Shown: piece by piece, positions 62,232 to 64,000 of the stretch
Position numbering within the stretch: position 1 is the stretch's first letter
Layout of the letters: the number at the start of each line of letters is the position of its first letter
NCBI RefSeq assembly: GCF_988243305.1
Contig: NZ_OZ547136.1
Length of the DNA: 64,000 bases
Direction: 5' to 3' (one strand)
Notes under the pieces: model-generated
Told to the model about the DNA's origin: nothing
Database searches by the model: none
What the model saw: the letters and a program-made list of their open reading frames with translations, nothing else
Translations under genes and position numbers: made by a program

Positions 62232-64000
62232 TCTCTTCTCCTGTCTGCGTCACCGCCGCCCACGATGAGAGGCCGCTGCAGACCACATCACCGACCCAGA
62301 CGGCACCGCGCGCCTGGTTGAGTTCCAGTGCCACTTCGCAGGTTTTATTGCCACTGTAGCGAAAATCGATAGTGGGGTATTTCTTATCTACGTCCATGAC
62401 AAACTCGCCGTTTTCATCGGTTCGGGTTCGGCCGATATGGTTGTTAATCCGTGCGTTAGCCAGCAGTGTGCCGTCTTCCGCACGGATACGACCGGAGACG
62501 GTAACCATCTGCTTCACCTCTGGCTCAATGACAGCGACATTGCCTGGATAGAGAGTCAGATGGCTTTTGCGACCGCTGACGATATCGTAACTGTCGAGTG
62601 AGTTTTTGCTGTTCTGCAACTCCACCTCATATCTTCCATAGGGAGAGAGCGGGAGATAGTTACGCTTGCCGTTAAGCGTGAAAATCCGCCCGTTGATTTT
62701 GGCGCTGATCTGACCATCGTTCTCCAGGCCAGTGTCGAATATCACCCCAGCGTTGCCATCGGTCCGCCCGCTGGCAGCGATGTTTTTACCCTGCCAGCCG
62801 ACGCTGCCGTTGGCGGTCAAATTGGTATTGATGTAGCCGTCCGCCGCGCTATTAACGTTCAGCGTTCCGCTGGCGTAACGAGCGTCGAACTGTGCATACG
62901 CCCCACCGCTGAGGGTTTTGTCATCACCGGTATCGCCGGAGATGGCTCGTGACAGATTGGCACCAACAGTGCGAATGGTCCCTTCATCAAACTGCTTGCG
63001 TGCTGACAGGTTTGCCATGGTGTAGCCGTTTTGATGAGTCATCCCTGCGCTAAACCAGTTGCCCAGTGGTAGCGAGAGATCGAGAGCGATATATTTCCCT
63101 GTATTGGCGTTGCTGTCGCCGTTGTTATAGCGCTGAATACCGGCCCGCAGGCCAAGCGAACCAAAGGTACCGCTGTAGACATTTTGATAGTAATCTGCCG
63201 TGTAATAATGGCTGTTGTAACGGCGGTCATCATTGTAGCTGATGCTGAATGTGCCCAGCTTCGACCACAGTGAGTTCAGGTTGAGTGTGCCGCCGATAGC
63301 ACGGTTGTCGGCATCGCTACGTCGCAATTGATTGCCAATGCGGGTTTTTTCCTGGTTAACCCACAGCGAACTAAAGCCTCCCGGTAGAGTGGCGCTGATG
63401 CTGCCGATGCTGCTCCATGAGCTGTCACTGGCCAGCATATTTTGCAGGTTAACGTTGATCGCCCCCCCAAGCGGCAGCGTCAGACGGGTTTCACCCACCG
63501 CCTGATTATCGTATCCATATCCCGTTGCCGCCCAGCTAAACGTACTCAGTGAGCCGGAGGTCGAGGCACCTGCCAGCCAACTCTCTTTAGCTGGTCGCGT
63601 CTTTTTCCCGTTTTCCGACCAGCGATCCATATGAAAGCTACCGCCCCATATCTGCCACGCCAGTGGTGCACCGACGCCGCGCCCCCGGCTAAACAGCTTA
63701 TTGACCCGTTGAGTGCGTTTGCTGATCACGCGACCGTTAACGATGACCTCAACTTCCACATCGTAAATACCGTACGGTAGACCCCGGGTATCCACTTCAT
63801 GATTGCCCATGGTGAAGTTCTGAACGCTTAGTAGCCGCCCATCACGGGTGAGATGTACTTCGCCCGCCGCCGGTAAAAAGGCGATCACTGGCGTGGCTGA
63901 ATGGCTGCTGTCGAAGATGGTGGAGCTGGCCTGGTTTCCCCAGGAAAGGCCGTAAATCTTCCCTGCTGAAATGGCGGTCATCGGCCCTAAGGACTGCAAG
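62221..64000 (-). CDS. ecpC: E. coli common pilus usher EcpC (partial; 5' end beyond window)
   Basis: 592 codons of an open frame running to the window edge; C-terminal portion of an outer-membrane usher. Confidence 0.8.
   Translation of the reverse strand, partial: LQSLGPMTAISAGKIYGLSWGNQASSTIFDSSHSATPVIAFLPAAGEVHLTRDGRLLSVQNFTMGNHEVDTRGLPYGIYDVEVEVIVNGRVISKRTQRVNKLFSRGRGVGAPLAWQIWGGSFHMDRWSENGKKTRPAKESWLAGASTSGSLSTFSWAATGYGYDNQAVGETRLTLPLGGAINVNLQNMLASDSSWSSIGSISATLPGGFSSLWVNQEKTRIGNQLRRSDADNRAIGGTLNLNSLWSKLGTFSISYNDDRRYNSHYYTADYYQNVYSGTFGSLGLRAGIQRYNNGDSNANTGKYIALDLSLPLGNWFSAGMTHQNGYTMANLSARKQFDEGTIRTVGANLSRAISGDTGDDKTLSGGAYAQFDARYASGTLNVNSAADGYINTNLTANGSVGWQGKNIAASGRTDGNAGVIFDTGLENDGQISAKINGRIFTLNGKRNYLPLSPYGRYEVELQNSKNSLDSYDIVSGRKSHLTLYPGNVAVIEPEVKQMVTVSGRIRAEDGTLLANARINNHIGRTRTDENGEFVMDVDKKYPTIDFRYSGNKTCEVALELNQARGAVWVGDVVCSGLSSWAAVTQTGEENES

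Overview
This 64 kb window reads as an Escherichia coli-type chromosomal segment. The identification rests on protein-level resemblance to E. coli K-12 gene products recalled from memory and on reading the supplied six-frame track; no database search was run. Four blocks are visible. (1) Positions 50-21196 hold a complete type VI secretion system (T6SS) island: a 13-gene minus-strand operon (tssB-tssC-tssE-tssF-tssG-tagH-tssJ-tssK-tssL-clpV-vasI-like-tssA-tssM) and, divergent from an AT-rich ~700 bp control region, hcp and vgrG on the plus strand. (2) Positions 21200-26640 are a strongly AT-rich accessory region directly downstream of vgrG. It encodes an adaptor-like ORF, a PAAR-like (DUF4150-type) protein separated by a single in-frame TAG from a papain-fold, C39-like Cys-His-Asp peptidase domain, and a small overlapping ORF that could be an immunity gene; this is followed by two degenerate ISAs1 (H-repeat) transposase remnants flanking a two-gene cassette of unknown function. 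This is the most likely novel system in the window: a candidate T6SS cargo effector/immunity module. (3) Positions 26649-47652 are conserved backbone: yafV, ivy, fadE, gmhA, yafJ, yafK, yafL, Flag-2 deletion scar (lfhA'/lafU'), dinB-yafNOP, ykfJ'/prfH' remnant, pepD, gpt, frsA, crl, phoE, proBA and tRNA-Thr (thrW). (4) Positions 47653-53012 are a degraded thrW-linked island (integrase 3' remnant, truncated SDR gene, small DUF1471-like ORF, LysR regulator divergent from a secreted alpha/beta hydrolase and an MFS transporter), followed by paoDCBA, yagU, ykgJ and ecpE-ecpD-ecpC (ecpC runs off the window). No CRISPR array or rRNA was found.
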